A stretch of 64,000 nucleotides of DNA from Desulfobacterales bacterium (GCA_963668645.2 CAXXWC010000003.1:384001-448000), one strand, 5' to 3'. Counted from the first letter of the stretch, positions 40,484 to 52,353 are shown. Program-made: numbers and translations. Notes: generated from the letters alone by a model not told the origin.

Positions 40484-41350
40484 TCAGTCTTCTGATTCGG
40501 GTGTCTCGGCAAGCGGGGCGCCGCGTTTGATAATTTCGACCACCGGCCCCTGGGTGCCGTCGGAAATCACCTTGCGTTCGCCGGGTTTCATATCGGCGCT
40601 GGCGGCGCTCAACGGATCCTCTTCGGGGACCTCCTCCTTGTCCGTGGCCGCCCGCCGCCGTTCTTCGTAAATCTCACGCCCTTCGACACAGGCCGTGGCC
40701 ATGCGGGAGGCCACCAAGCGGATGGCCCGGATGGCATCATCGTTGCCCGGAATGGGGTAGTCGATCTCTTCCGGATCGCAGTTGGTGTCGATGATGGCCA
40801 CGATGGGGATCCCGAGCCGGCGGCCTTCGCGCACGGCGATGGCCTCGTGCTTGGGATCGATCACGAACATGGCCTGGGGCAGCCGCGTCATGCTCTGGAT
40901 CCCGCCGAGGTTGGCGTCAAGCTTTTCCCGCTCCTTGGCCAGCTTGAGACGCTCTTTTTTCGGAAAGAGTTCGATGGTCCCGTCGTTTTGAATATTGTTG
41001 AGATAGTTGAGTCGATCGATACTCTTCTTGATCGTCTGAAAATTGGTCATCATCCCGCCCAACCAACGATTGTGGACATAGAACATCTCACACCGGTTGG
41101 CCTCCTCGTATATCGATTCGCGGGCCTGTTTCTTGGTGCCCACAAAAAGCAAACTGCCGCCCCCGGCCACCGTATTGCGGATAAAATCATAGGCGGTCTT
41201 GAACATGCGCACCGTCTTTTGCAGATCGATGATGTAGATGCCGTTGCGCGCGCCGAAAATGTAAGGCTTCATCTTGGGGTTCCAACGCTTGGTCTGATGA
41301 CCGAAATGGACCCCGGCTTCCAGCAGTTCTTTCATGGTTACGTAAGCCAT
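40484..41350 (-). CDS. rpsB: 30S ribosomal protein S2
   Basis: [27 protein letters not shown]. Confidence 0.98.
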   Translation of the reverse strand: MAYVTMKELLEAGVHFGHQTKRWNPKMKPYIFGARNGIYIIDLQKTVRMFKTAYDFIRNTVAGGGSLLFVGTKKQARESIYEEANRCEMFYVHNRWLGGMMTNFQTIKKSIDRLNYLNNIQNDGTIELFPKKERLKLAKEREKLDANLGGIQSMTRLPQAMFVIDPKHEAIAVREGRRLGIPIVAIIDTNCDPEEIDYPIPGNDDAIRAIRLVASRMATACVEGREIYEERRRAATDKEEVPEEDPLSAASADMKPGERKVISDGTQGPVVEIIKRGAPLAETPESED

Positions 41351-41374
41351 CTTGAATCTTTCCTTCCTGTTGGT

Positions 41375-41470
41375 TGGTTTTCCTTCGCCCGCTTCACTCC
41401 GGCATCCGACCTGCCGCCCCGCCAAAAGGGTACGGCCGGCACCGGGAGACCGGTCCACGGACGTGTGAGC
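41375..41470 (-). promoter_or_regulatory. rpsB (S2/t44-type) leader RNA
   Basis: Minus strand CACACGTCCG...GGTGC...CGGGCGAAGGAAAACC directly 5' of rpsB resembles the S2 autoregulatory leader. Boundaries approximate. Confidence 0.55.
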
Positions 41471-41525
41471 TCAATCCATGCCTATAAACCGGGAATCAAT
41501 ACCAAATTCCCAAAACCGGTGCAAG

Positions 41526-42443
41526 TCACTTTTCGTTTTTTTCTTCGGGGCGGTCAGCCGTTCGGCCATCCCGCCGGCAGCGCAGGCATACCACCCGCTC
41601 CCGGCCGCCGTAATCCCTTTTGAAAATCACTTCATCGTAGACGGCTGCGGCCGAAGCCAGCGCTTCAACGGCAGGACGTTGGTCAAAGCCCATTTCCAGC
41701 GCCAACCACCCGCCTTGAACCAGATGGGCCGGGGCCGTGTGGACGAGATGACGCAAGTGCGTCAAGCCGTCTTCGCCGCCGTCCAGAGCCAGGCGGGGCT
41801 CGAAGCGCGAAACTTCAGGCTCCAGGGCCTCCAGCCCCCCCCGGGGGATATACGGCGGATTGGAGATGATCAGGTCCCAGCGCGCCCCGAGGGCCAAAGG
41901 GGCAAACCAGTCCCCCACCAGAAACCGGACCCGTCCTTCCAGCCCCAGACGGACCGCGTTGGCTCTGGCCGTGTCGACTGCAGCGCGGCTGCGATCGGTG
42001 GCGGTGTAATGATGCCCGGGACGCTCACTGGCCAAGGCGAGAATCAAGGCACCGGATCCCGTACCCAGGTCGAGAACCCGTTTGGCTTCATTTTCGGCCG
42101 GCAGCAGCCGCAGCCCGGCTTCGACCAGGCATTCGCTGTCCGGCCGGGGAATCAATACCGAAGGATCGACGCCCAGTGGCAAAGACCAGAACTCACGCTC
42201 GGCGGTGATATACGCCACCGGTTCGCGACGCATCCGCCGCTGCACCAGAATCTTGAAGCGGTCTCTTGCAGCCTGATCAACGGGCTGATCGAAACGCATG
42301 TATAGATCGATGCGACGGCATCCCAGGGTATGGGCCAGCAGAATTTCGGCCGTCATGCGAGGACTATCGAGTCCCAGTCGATTGAAATGATCACTGGTCC
42401 AGCGCAGGATGGTTTCGACGGTCCATTCAGTCGGCGACGCCAT
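41526..42443 (-). CDS. prmC: Release factor glutamine methyltransferase PrmC/HemK
   Basis: EPVAYI, VLIPRP, DLGTGSG, SNPPYI, ALDGG. Follows prfA. Confidence 0.96.
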   Translation of the reverse strand: MASPTEWTVETILRWTSDHFNRLGLDSPRMTAEILLAHTLGCRRIDLYMRFDQPVDQAARDRFKILVQRRMRREPVAYITAEREFWSLPLGVDPSVLIPRPDSECLVEAGLRLLPAENEAKRVLDLGTGSGALILALASERPGHHYTATDRSRAAVDTARANAVRLGLEGRVRFLVGDWFAPLALGARWDLIISNPPYIPRGGLEALEPEVSRFEPRLALDGGEDGLTHLRHLVHTAPAHLVQGGWLALEMGFDQRPAVEALASAAAVYDEVIFKRDYGGRERVVCLRCRRDGRTADRPEEKNEK

Positions 42444-43512
42444 CCGTTCTTTCACCGTGTTGGAGGGCTTCGGCCTGGTGAGAAGCGATCAGCGGCTCGA
42501 TAATATCATCCAGGGCCCCCTGCATGACGCTGTCGAGCTTGTAGAGGGTCAAACCGATGCGATGATCGGTCACCCGCCCCTGGGGGAAGTTGTAGGTGCG
42601 GATGCGCCCGCTGCGATCGCCGCTGCCGACCTGCAGCCGGCGCGTCTCGCTGCGCTTGGCGTTCTGTTCCTGGACCATGTGATCCAGCAAACGGGCCCGA
42701 AGCACCTTGAGGGCCTTGGCCTTGTTCTTGTGCTGGGATTTTTCGTCCTGGCAGGTCACCACCAGGCCGGTGGGCAGATGGGTGATGCGCACGGCCGAGT
42801 CCGTGGTGTTGACGCTCTGGCCTCCCGGACCGGTGCTGCGGTAGACATCGACCTTGAGATCTTTCGGATCGATGGCCAGTTCGATCTCCTCGGCTTCGGG
42901 CAAAACGGCCACGGTCACCGCCGAAGTGTGGATCCTGCCCTGGGTCTCGGTGGTGGGCACCCGCTGGACCCGGTGGATCCCGCTTTCAAACTTGAGCCGG
43001 CTGTATGCCCCGCGGCCGGTAATGGTGGCGATGATCTCCTTGAACCCCCCGCCGCCGGTGGCGTGGTGGGTCATCACCTCCACCTTCCAGCGCTTGTTTT
43101 CGGCATAGCGGCCGTAGGTGCGAAACAAATCGGCGGCAAACAGGGCCGCCTCTTCGCCGCCCGTCCCGGCACGGATCTCCAGGATGACGTTTTTCTCGTC
43201 GGACGGATCCTTGGGGATCAACAGCTGCTTGAGGGTCGTCTCGATACTGTCCTGTTCATCCGCCAGCCGATTGATCTCTTCGCGGGCCATGGTCTTGATG
43301 GAAGGATCCGGATCCCGCAACAATTCCTGGCTTTCGTCCAGTTCCGCCAGGATTTTGCGGTACTGCCGGTAAACCCCCACCACCTCGGCCAGCTCGGCGT
43401 GCTCGCGGCTGTGCTTCTGATACTCATCGCGATCCGCAATAATCTGCGGGTCGGCCATCAGCCGCTCGAGCAGATCATAGCGCTCGGCGATTCCCTGTAG
43501 CTTCTCAAGCAA
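42427..43512 (-). CDS. prfA: Peptide chain release factor 1
   Basis: [11 protein letters not shown], PxT motif (PTT), GGQ. Confidence 0.98.
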   Translation of the reverse strand: MLEKLQGIAERYDLLERLMADPQIIADRDEYQKHSREHAELAEVVGVYRQYRKILAELDESQELLRDPDPSIKTMAREEINRLADEQDSIETTLKQLLIPKDPSDEKNVILEIRAGTGGEEAALFAADLFRTYGRYAENKRWKVEVMTHHATGGGGFKEIIATITGRGAYSRLKFESGIHRVQRVPTTETQGRIHTSAVTVAVLPEAEEIELAIDPKDLKVDVYRSTGPGGQSVNTTDSAVRITHLPTGLVVTCQDEKSQHKNKAKALKVLRARLLDHMVQEQNAKRSETRRLQVGSGDRSGRIRTYNFPQGRVTDHRIGLTLYKLDSVMQGALDDIIEPLIASHQAEALQHGERTDGVAD

Positions 43513-43515
43513 AGA

Positions 43516-43752
43516 TCAGCTCTTGGCCTGTTGGGCGTCGTCGATCTGTTTCTGGTAATTTTCGTACTTTTTCAAAAACCGTTCGATCCGTCCGGCCGTG
43601 TCGATCAGCTTCTGTTTGCCGGTGAAAAACGGATGGCATTTGGAGCAGATTTCTACCCGGATGTCCTGCTTGGTCGAACCGACCTCCAGAACATTGCCGC
43701 AGGCACAGGTGATGGTCGTCTCTTGGTATTTGGGATGAATGTCGGTTTTCAT
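43516..43752 (-). CDS. rpmE: 50S ribosomal protein L31 (Zn-binding type)
   Basis: [21 protein letters not shown]. Confidence 0.97.
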   Translation of the reverse strand: MKTDIHPKYQETTITCACGNVLEVGSTKQDIRVEICSKCHPFFTGKQKLIDTAGRIERFLKKYENYQKQIDDAQQAKS

Positions 43753-43822
43753 AACGCCCTGAAGTTCCTTTCTGCTTTGGACAAGGGATAAATGTTTGGC
43801 CTCCAAAACGCCCGAAGGCCGA

Positions 43823-45070
43823 TCAGGCGTTCATAGATTCCAAAAAGTTTTTATTATTTCCGGTTCCCTGGAGTTTATCAAGCAAAAACTCCATACTGTC
43901 CACCGGATTGAGGGTCGCCAGCAGCTTGCGCAGGATCCAAACCCGGTTGAGGACATCGGTGCTCAAAAGCAGCTCTTCCTTGCGAGTACCGGACTTTTTG
44001 ATGTCGATGGCCGGAAAGACGCGCTTGTCCGCCAAACGCCGGTCAAGCTGAATCTCGGCGTTGCCCGTGCCTTTGAACTCTTCGAAAATCACCTCATCCA
44101 TGCGGCTGCCGGTATCGATCAGGGCGGTGGCGATGATCGTCAGACTCCCGCCTTCCTCGATGTTGCGCGCCGCACCGAAAAAGCGCTTCGGCCGCTGCAG
44201 GGCATTGGAGTCCACCCCGCCGGAAAGGATCTTGCCGCTGGGCGGCATCACCGAGTTGTAGGCCCGCGCCAAGCGGGTGATCGAATCGAGCAGGATGACC
44301 ACGTCCTTCTTGTGTTCCACGAGGCGTTTGGCCTTTTCGATGACCATCTCGGCCACCTGCACATGCCGCTCGGCAGGCTCGTCAAAGGTGGAGCTGATCA
44401 CCTCGGCCCTGACGTTGCGCTCCATATCGGTGACTTCTTCGGGCCGCTCGTCGATCAGCAGCACAAAAGGCACCACATCCTTGTGGCTTTCGATAATGGC
44501 ATTGGCGATGGATTGCAGCAGCATGGTCTTGCCCGATCGCGGCGGTGAGACGATCAGGGCCCGCTGGCCGAAGCCGATGGGAATCATCAAATCCATGATG
44601 CGGGTAGAATAGTTTTCCGCCTGGGTCTCAAGATTGGTCTTGCGGTCGGGGTAGAGCGGCGTCAGATTGTCGAAAAGTATCTTTTCGCGCGCTGTTTCCG
44701 GATCTTCGTAGTTGACCGCCTCGACCTTGAGCAGGGCGAAATAGCGCTCGCTCTCTTTGGGCTGGCGGATCTGGCCCGAGACCGTATCGCCGGTGCGCAG
44801 GTTGAAGCGGCGAATCTGGGAGGGCGACACGTAAATATCGTCCGGCCCCGGCAGATAGTTGTAGCTCGGAGAGCGAAGGAAACCGAACCCGTCGGGAAGA
44901 ATTTCCAGCGTTCCCTCCCCATAAATCAGGCCGTTCTTTTCGATCTGCGCCTGGAGCAGGGCAAAGATAAGTTCCTGCTTGCGCATGCCCGCCGCCCCTT
45001 CGACATTGTACTGCTTGGCCAACTGGGTCAGCTCGCTGATCTTCATCGTCTTAAGTTCACTGATGTTCAT
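43823..45070 (-). CDS. rho: Transcription termination factor Rho
   Basis: [15 protein letters not shown], Walker [24 protein letters not shown]. Confidence 0.99.
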   Translation of the reverse strand: MNISELKTMKISELTQLAKQYNVEGAAGMRKQELIFALLQAQIEKNGLIYGEGTLEILPDGFGFLRSPSYNYLPGPDDIYVSPSQIRRFNLRTGDTVSGQIRQPKESERYFALLKVEAVNYEDPETAREKILFDNLTPLYPDRKTNLETQAENYSTRIMDLMIPIGFGQRALIVSPPRSGKTMLLQSIANAIIESHKDVVPFVLLIDERPEEVTDMERNVRAEVISSTFDEPAERHVQVAEMVIEKAKRLVEHKKDVVILLDSITRLARAYNSVMPPSGKILSGGVDSNALQRPKRFFGAARNIEEGGSLTIIATALIDTGSRMDEVIFEEFKGTGNAEIQLDRRLADKRVFPAIDIKKSGTRKEELLLSTDVLNRVWILRKLLATLNPVDSMEFLLDKLQGTGNNKNFLESMNA

Positions 45071-45437
45071 TCACTGCTCCCCGCTCGTGTTTTCTTGATG
45101 TTTGGAAACGATAATCCTTCCTCCTCCGGCACTGTACCGGCCCATCGGCATACCGACTCAGATGGCATCATGCATAACGGCGCCCCACCTCGGGCCAGGT
45201 AACAGACCAACCCCCATCAGCGCTCCTGGCAGTAAGGGATGCGGGCCGCCTCGAACACGCGGCAATAATACGGTAGTAAGGGATGAAGTACCATCCGAGG
45301 TGTCTGAAAGGGTCTGGATGAATCGTTAGGAGGATGATTTAATATTTTGATTTAGTATGTTGAGTTGGAAAGTTAGCGATTTCGCCTTTTGGCGGGAAAT
45401 TCTAACTCGCAATCCTCATGACCATTAAATTGGGTAG

Positions 45438-45465
45438 ATTATATCACCCGGTGGGATTCTGTCAA
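45438..45465 (-). promoter_or_regulatory. Consensus sigma70 promoter of rho
   Basis: TTGACA-N16-TATAAT with an extended -10 TG on the minus strand. Confidence 0.8.
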
Positions 45466-45554
45466 GTGCCGCTGGCTAAAATTTGCTCGCATTTTCCCGG
45501 GCCACCCCCTGACGGGGCCATGACCCGGGAAACGATGACCGGTAAAGACCCGGA

Positions 45555-46382
<828 letters not shown>

Positions 46383-46473
46383 TTATTTGGTCTCGGTTGT
46401 AACGGTTTTTCCAGGAGCTAAATAACCATCGGCCGGCGCCAACACCGGCCATGGAAAGAAAGGGGCGATACGA

Positions 46474-46683
46474 TTGAAGGAAATCCTGGTCAAGGTCGTT
46501 GACAACGACCTGGAAAAGGCGATGCGTATTCTGAAGAAAAAAATTCAGAATGACGGCTTGTTCAAGCGGTTGAAGCTGAAAAAAAGCTACGAAAAGCCGA
46601 GTGAGTACAAGCGCCGCAAACAGCGCGAGGCATTGCGCCGGCAGCGGATTGCCGCCGCCAAAGCGGCCCGTTACCGCCGCTAA
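46474..46683 (+). CDS. rpsU: 30S ribosomal protein S21
   Basis: DLEKAMRILKKK...YEKPSE.KRRK. TTG start after a purine-rich SD. Confidence 0.93.
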   Translation: MKEILVKVVDNDLEKAMRILKKKIQNDGLFKRLKLKKSYEKPSEYKRRKQREALRRQRIAAAKAARYRR

Positions 46684-46701
46684 ACAGCGCGACATCCCGC
46701 G

Positions 46702-46736
46702 ACCCGGCAGAGCCCTGATTTCTGCCGGGTTTTTTT
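46702..46736 (+). terminator. Intrinsic terminator after rpsU
   Basis: ACCCGGCAGA...TCTGCCGGGT plus a T run. Confidence 0.8.
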
Positions 46737-46748
46737 ATGGAGCCTTCC

Positions 46749-48047
46749 ATGAAAAGCCCCAGCCAATACGAACAGACCCTTCAGCAGATGTACCGCCTGC
46801 ACCGCTTCGGCATCAAGCTGGGATTGGAGGTCATCGACGGACTGCTGCAAGGTCTCGGAAACCCGCAAGGCACTTTCAACTGTGTTCATGTGGCCGGCAC
46901 CAACGGCAAGGGGTCGGTGGCGGCCACCCTGGCGACCCTGCTCCAGACAACGGGAAAGCCGGTTGGACTATATACCTCTCCTCACCTTGTCAAATTCAAC
47001 GAGCGGATCGCCATCGACGGCAAACCGGTCAGCGACACGGACGTGGTCAAGGCGCACCGGGCGGTGCAAGATATCGCTGGCCGGCTGGGCGGACGGGAAC
47101 CGACCTTTTTCGAATTTGCCACCGCCATGGCGATGCACACCTTCGCCCGGCGCAAGGTCTCCTGGGCCGTCATCGAAACCGGGATGGGCGGGCGCCTGGA
47201 CGCTACCAACATCATTGTGCCGCAACTGTCGATCATCACCAACATTTCTTTGGAGCACCGCGCCTACCTGGGACGCACCCTGGCGGCCATAGCCGGTGAA
47301 AAGGCCGGCATTATCAAACCCGGGGTACCGGTCGTCACCGGCGCAAGCCAGCCGTCGGTGCTCAAGGTCATCTCGGACATGGCCGAACGCCACCACGCTC
47401 CGCTGCGCCGTTACGGAAAGGATTTTCGCATCCGCCGGCGGACAGCGAAGCGATTCGACTACTTCGGCAAGGACCATCGGTGGCCTGATCTGGAATTGGC
47501 CCTGGACGGGCCCCACCAGTTTGCCAACGCCGCCCTGGCACTGGCCGCCTGCGAAGTGCTCTGCCTCCTGGAACCGGAATTGGCCCACCGCTCGACCATC
47601 GCCGAAGCCCTGCGCCGCACTCGATGGCCCGGACGCCTGGAGATCGCAAGAAGGAAGCCGCTGGTGATTCTCGACGGGGCCCACAACCTGATGGCGGCCC
47701 GCAACCTGGGTCGATATTTGGCCAGCGACCTGGCCGGAAGACGTATCACCCTGGTGGTGGGCATCCTGGACGACAAGCCGTATCAGGCCATGCTGCAAGC
47801 CCTGGCCCCTTCCTGCCGGCGTGTCATGGTCACCCGCGCGCGCATCGACCGCGCCCTGGATCCCCAGCGCCTCGCCGCCGTTGTGCGAGAATGCGGAGTG
47901 GCCGTAAGCGTCTACCCCACCGTGGCCGAAGCCGTGACCGAAGCCATCGATGCGGCCTCCCCAGACGAGGTGGTCTGTGTGGCCGGATCCCTCTATGTGG
48001 TCGGTGAAGCCAAAGAGGTGCTTGACACGCCCGGGCACATGGTCTAA
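46749..48047 (+). CDS. folC: Folylpolyglutamate synthase/dihydrofolate synthase
   Basis: HVAGTNGKGS, YTSPHL, ETGMGGRLDATN, WPGR, DGAHN, GSLYVVGE. Confidence 0.97.
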   Translation: MKSPSQYEQTLQQMYRLHRFGIKLGLEVIDGLLQGLGNPQGTFNCVHVAGTNGKGSVAATLATLLQTTGKPVGLYTSPHLVKFNERIAIDGKPVSDTDVVKAHRAVQDIAGRLGGREPTFFEFATAMAMHTFARRKVSWAVIETGMGGRLDATNIIVPQLSIITNISLEHRAYLGRTLAAIAGEKAGIIKPGVPVVTGASQPSVLKVISDMAERHHAPLRRYGKDFRIRRRTAKRFDYFGKDHRWPDLELALDGPHQFANAALALAACEVLCLLEPELAHRSTIAEALRRTRWPGRLEIARRKPLVILDGAHNLMAARNLGRYLASDLAGRRITLVVGILDDKPYQAMLQALAPSCRRVMVTRARIDRALDPQRLAAVVRECGVAVSVYPTVAEAVTEAIDAASPDEVVCVAGSLYVVGEAKEVLDTPGHMV

Positions 48048-48085
48048 CAAGAATTTTCTTTTCGCTTGTTGCATGAATGCCTTTT

Positions 48086-48161
48086 GCGCCCGTGGCCCAG
48101 GGGATAGGGCGTCAGCCTCCGGAGCTGAAGATCGCTGGTTCGAATCCAGCCGGGCGTACCA
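48086..48161 (+). tRNA. tRNA-Arg(CCG)
   Basis: GCGCCCG/CGGGCGT acceptor stem, TCAGC-CTCCGGA-GCTGA anticodon arm, GGTTCGAATCC, encoded CCA. 76 nt. Confidence 0.97.
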
Positions 48162-48166
48162 AACAT

Positions 48167-48207
48167 TCAGGGGAGCCGGAATCGCATCCGGCTCCCCTGA
48201 TTTTTTT
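48167..48207 (+). terminator. Intrinsic terminator after tRNA-Arg
   Basis: 14-bp stem TCAGGGGAGCCGGA/TCCGGCTCCCCTGA followed by T7. Confidence 0.88.
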
Positions 48208-48290
48208 CATCCCTTTTAAGGCGGCGATCCACGATCTGCCAGGACCGTCAAGCTTGCCTTTTGCCCCCCCGGTGCTTATGATCCTGCACC

Positions 48291-50075
48291 ATGGCTGAAA
48301 TGATCGAAAAATTTCCCAGCCCCAAAGAGCTGGAAAAGGAAATCGGCGATTTTCTGTCACGCAAATTCGGCGACAGCGTCAGACTGGTGTCGCCGGTGGT
48401 CATGCCCGAGGAGGGGGCCGCAGCCGCCCCATCCGGCGGATCCCCCCTCCAACGGATCCTCCAGTTCGACCTGACCCCCGAATCGCTAATCGCCTATTTG
48501 GACCAATACATCGTCAAGCAGGAAAACGCCAAGGCGGTTTTAGCCACAAAGATCTGTACACATTTCAACAGGTTGCGTCGCGAGCTGAATGCCGACGCCC
48601 CCCCTTCGAACATGGTCGGGCGCATCAAGAACAATGTGCTCATGATCGGCCCTACGGGGGTGGGCAAAACCTACATGATCCGGCTGATCGCCCGCAGGAT
48701 CGGCGTCCCCTTTGTAAAAGGTGACGCCACCAAGTTCAGCGAGACCGGCTATGTCGGCGGGGATGTGGAAGATCTGGTGCGCGACCTGGTGCGCGAAGCC
48801 GATGACGATATCTCCCTGGCCGAATGCGGCATTGTCTACATCGACGAAATCGACAAGATCGCCTCGGCCCAGAACCTGATCGGTGCCGATGTATCCCGTA
48901 CCGGGGTCCAGCGGGCGCTGCTCAAACCCCTGGAGGAAACCGAAGTCGACCTGAAGGTGCCCCACGATCCGATCTCGATGATGCAGGAAATCGAACAGTT
49001 CCGCAAAACCGGAAGCCGCCAGAAGCGCACCGTCAATACGCGCAACATCCTGTTCATCGTCAGCGGGGCCTTCAACGGTCTGGCCGATATCGTCAAGGAG
49101 CGTCTCAGCCGCCAGCAGATCGGTTTTTCCGCCCGGATCCAGACCACTGCAGAAAGCGCCGACCTGCTCACAAAAGTTCAAAGCGAGGATCTGATCCGCT
49201 ACGGATTCGAATCCGAATTCGTCGGAAGGCTCCCGGTTCGGGCAGTTTTTGAACGCCTTAAAGAAGCAGATCTCCTCGATATTCTAAAAAATCCAAATAA
49301 TCCGGTCGTGCTCAGCAAACGCCTCGACTTTGCCGCCTATGGTATTGACGTGCGCTTTTCAAACGAGGCTCTGGACCGACTTGCTAAAAGGGCACTGGCG
49401 GAAAATACCGGGGCCCGAGGGCTGGTCAGTGCGGTGGAGGCGGCCCTGATGCCCTTTGAATGCAGCCTGCCATCCATGGACCTCGACTTTCTGGCGGTGA
49501 CCGAGGAGGCCGTCGATTTCCCCCATCGGGTTCTGACCCGGCTCCGCGATCCATCCCGCAAGGAGACCGAAAGGCAGTACCACCGGGCCCTACAGACCGC
49601 CGAAGAGGCGTCGGTCCGGGCGCACCTGGCCGAGCACCGAAGCCGCTATGATCAAAAATACGGCCTGGCACTCAGTGACGGGCGCATCGGCCTGGTGGCC
49701 GCTTGCAGCACCCGCGGGATTCTCGACATAGACAGCGCCATTGAAAGGGTCAAGAGCCTCAGTGAACAGGTCAAGCAGCTCGAACTCGATTTTTTAAAAC
49801 GCCACGACATCAATATCGTGTTGGAACCGGAAGCCGAGGAGAGGATGGTCGAATTGCTGCTCAGCGGCACCCAGACCATCTCCGACCTCCGGCAGCGCCT
49901 GTCGGCCGATTTCGAACTGGCCCTCAAACTGATCCGCGACAAGACCGGCCGCCAGAGGTTTTTCATCAGCCGCGCCGCGCTTGAGGCACCGCAGACCTAT
50001 CTGGAAACTCTGATCCGTGATGCGATGAAAACGTCGCCCGAGGGGTCTGACCCGGACCCGCCGCAGCTTCCATAA
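48291..50075 (+). CDS. Atypical ClpX-like AAA+ ATPase (no zinc-binding domain, C-terminal extension)
   Basis: GPTGVGKT, GYVG pore loop, IDEIDK, IGF loop, EFVGRLP, TGARGL. Confidence 0.88.
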   Translation: MAEMIEKFPSPKELEKEIGDFLSRKFGDSVRLVSPVVMPEEGAAAAPSGGSPLQRILQFDLTPESLIAYLDQYIVKQENAKAVLATKICTHFNRLRRELNADAPPSNMVGRIKNNVLMIGPTGVGKTYMIRLIARRIGVPFVKGDATKFSETGYVGGDVEDLVRDLVREADDDISLAECGIVYIDEIDKIASAQNLIGADVSRTGVQRALLKPLEETEVDLKVPHDPISMMQEIEQFRKTGSRQKRTVNTRNILFIVSGAFNGLADIVKERLSRQQIGFSARIQTTAESADLLTKVQSEDLIRYGFESEFVGRLPVRAVFERLKEADLLDILKNPNNPVVLSKRLDFAAYGIDVRFSNEALDRLAKRALAENTGARGLVSAVEAALMPFECSLPSMDLDFLAVTEEAVDFPHRVLTRLRDPSRKETERQYHRALQTAEEASVRAHLAEHRSRYDQKYGLALSDGRIGLVAACSTRGILDIDSAIERVKSLSEQVKQLELDFLKRHDINIVLEPEAEERMVELLLSGTQTISDLRQRLSADFELALKLIRDKTGRQRFFISRAALEAPQTYLETLIRDAMKTSPEGSDPDPPQLP

Positions 50076-50106
50076 CCCGCTTACATAACCAATCGAGGCT
50101 TATCCG

Positions 50107-51294
50107 ATGATCGGCATTTCAAAACTCTACTGCGGCACCGTGGAACCGTCCGACGCATTGCGCTACGGTCGCCATTCGGCCCAGTTGCCCAGCCATCTGC
50201 TCCAGTTTTCAGCCGACAAACGGCCCGTGGTGGTCTGGAACGTGACCCGGCGCTGCAACCTCAGATGCGTGCACTGCTATGCACATGCCAGGGACGAGGC
50301 CTTCGCCGACGAATTGACTACCGCCGAGGGCCGCGCCCTGATCGACGATCTGGCCTCCTTCGGAGCTCCCGTGCTGCTCCTTTCCGGGGGCGAGCCCCTG
50401 GTCCGCCCCGATCTGGCCGAACTGGCCGGCTACGCCGTCAAAAAGGGGATGCGGGCGGTGATCTCGACCAACGGCACCCTCATCGGGCCGGACATGGCCC
50501 GCACCTTGAAGGAGATCGGCCTTTCATATGTCGGCATCAGTCTCGACGGCATGGAGGCGGTCAACGACCGTTTCCGCGGTGTATCCGGCGCATTTCAAAA
50601 AGCCCTGGAAGGGATCCGCAACTGCCGCCGTGCAGGGATCAAGGTCGGCCTGCGCTTTACGATCAACCGCTTTAACGTCGGCGAGATCCCGGCGGTCTTC
50701 GATCTGCTCGAGGCCGAGGATGTCCCCCGGGTCTGCTTCTATCACCTGGTCTACGCCGGCCGGGGGACCGACCTGGTCAAGGACGACCTGAGCCACGACC
50801 AGACCCGCCAGGCCGTGGACCTGATCATCGATCGCACCGCCGATTTGCATGCCCGGGGCCTGGCCAAGGAAGTGCTCACGGTGGACAACCACGCCGACGG
50901 CCCCTACCTCTATCTGCGCCTGTTGAAGGAAAATCCCGGGCGCGCGGCCGAGGTGCTGGCGCTGCTTAAAATGAACGAGGGCAACAACTCGGGCCGCGGC
51001 ATCGGATGTGTGAGTTGGGACGGGGAGGTGTACGCCGATCAGTTCTGGCGCCACCACAGCTTCGGCAATGTGCGCCAGCGCCCTTTTTCCAGGATCTGGT
51101 CCGAGCCGGACGATCCCCTGCTGGCCCAGCTCAAGGAGAAGAAAAAATGGGTCACGGGCCGCTGCGCCGCCTGCCGGTGGCTCGATGTATGCGCCGGAAA
51201 CTTCAGGGTGCGCGCCGAGGCGGTCACCGGAGATGTCTGGGCCCCGGATCCGGCCTGCTATCTGACCGACGACGAAATCGCCCCGGCGCCATAA
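50107..51294 (+). CDS. ahbC: 12,18-didecarboxysiroheme deacetylase (radical SAM, alternative heme pathway)
   Basis: N-terminus MIGISKLYCGTVEPSDALRYGR, CNLRCVHC, C-terminal SPASM cysteines, DPACYL. Confidence 0.92.
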   Translation: MIGISKLYCGTVEPSDALRYGRHSAQLPSHLLQFSADKRPVVVWNVTRRCNLRCVHCYAHARDEAFADELTTAEGRALIDDLASFGAPVLLLSGGEPLVRPDLAELAGYAVKKGMRAVISTNGTLIGPDMARTLKEIGLSYVGISLDGMEAVNDRFRGVSGAFQKALEGIRNCRRAGIKVGLRFTINRFNVGEIPAVFDLLEAEDVPRVCFYHLVYAGRGTDLVKDDLSHDQTRQAVDLIIDRTADLHARGLAKEVLTVDNHADGPYLYLRLLKENPGRAAEVLALLKMNEGNNSGRGIGCVSWDGEVYADQFWRHHSFGNVRQRPFSRIWSEPDDPLLAQLKEKKKWVTGRCAACRWLDVCAGNFRVRAEAVTGDVWAPDPACYLTDDEIAPAP

Positions 51295-51312
51295 GATTTT
51301 CGTATCAATGGC

Positions 51313-52353
51313 CTAAGAGTGATCCTCGGCCGAGGGGTAGAGGATGATCTTGACCGATTCACGCCTGCGGGCGAGATCCAGGGCCGTGCCCATCTGGCTC
51401 AGCGGTAACCGGTGGGACAATAGCGGCTCCACCTGAACCCGGCCCTGGGCCACCAGTTCCAGCGACGCCTGAAAGTCGAGCCAAGTGTAGCAGATGCTGC
51501 CGGTGATGCGGATCTCGCGACGTACCACGTCGCCCAAATCCAGCGTCGAAGGACGATGGAAGATCCCCGCCAGGCTCAGCCGCCCCGCCTTGCGCAGGCA
51601 GGCCAGACAGGTGGCGGCCACTTCTGCGACCCCGGTGGCCTCGACCACCACATCCGCCATACGCCCCGCGGTCCACTGGCGCACCGCTTCCACCGGCGAT
51701 TGGGCCGAGGCGTCCACCGTCAGTTCCGCCCCCAGCCGATGGGCCAGCTCCAGGCGCCCACGGTCTCCGGCGGCACCCACCACCGCAACGCGCCGGGCGC
51801 CTTCGGCCAGGGCGATCTGCAGGGCGTAAAGGCCGATGGGCCCAGGGCCGAAGATCACCACCGTATCCTGGCTGCCGATGGCCGCCTTGCGCACCGGCCG
51901 GTAGGCCGAGGCGATGGGGTCGACGGCCGCCCCCTGCTCGAAGGAAAGCGCATCGGGCAGCCGGTGGAGGGTCTTTTGCGGGGCGACCACATATTCTGCG
52001 AAGGCCCCGTCGGTGTGGATTCCGATCTCGTAGATGCGATCGCAAAGCGACTCCATCCCCCGGCGGCAAAAATCGCAGCGCCCGCAGTGGACCACCAACC
52101 CAGGCGCCACCCGATCACCAACGGCAAAATCGGTGACCGCCTCGCCCGCTGCGGTCACCACACCGGCGAACTCGTGGCCCGGGATCAACGGGTAGGTCAC
52201 CGGACGCACCCCCTTGAAAATCGGCAGATCGGTACCGCACAGCCCGACAGCCTTGACCTGAATCAGGACCTCATCGTCTTTGGGGGCCGGCACCGGCACC
52301 GACTTGAAAACAAAATCGATTTCGGCACTCTCCTTGACCACGGCCTGCATCAT
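51313..52353 (-). CDS. Zn-dependent medium-chain dehydrogenase (threonine/sorbitol dehydrogenase-like)
   Basis: CGTD, GHEFAG, structural zinc CGRCDFC...C, GPGPIG. Confidence 0.9.
   Translation of the reverse strand: MMQAVVKESAEIDFVFKSVPVPAPKDDEVLIQVKAVGLCGTDLPIFKGVRPVTYPLIPGHEFAGVVTAAGEAVTDFAVGDRVAPGLVVHCGRCDFCRRGMESLCDRIYEIGIHTDGAFAEYVVAPQKTLHRLPDALSFEQGAAVDPIASAYRPVRKAAIGSQDTVVIFGPGPIGLYALQIALAEGARRVAVVGAAGDRGRLELAHRLGAELTVDASAQSPVEAVRQWTAGRMADVVVEATGVAEVAATCLACLRKAGRLSLAGIFHRPSTLDLGDVVRREIRITGSICYTWLDFQASLELVAQGRVQVEPLLSHRLPLSQMGTALDLARRRESVKIILYPSAEDHS

Noticed and set aside
48086..48300. tRNA-Arg (and tRNA-Ser) as island integration sites
   Set aside because: No integrase, no duplicated tRNA 3' end, and the flanking genes look chromosomal.
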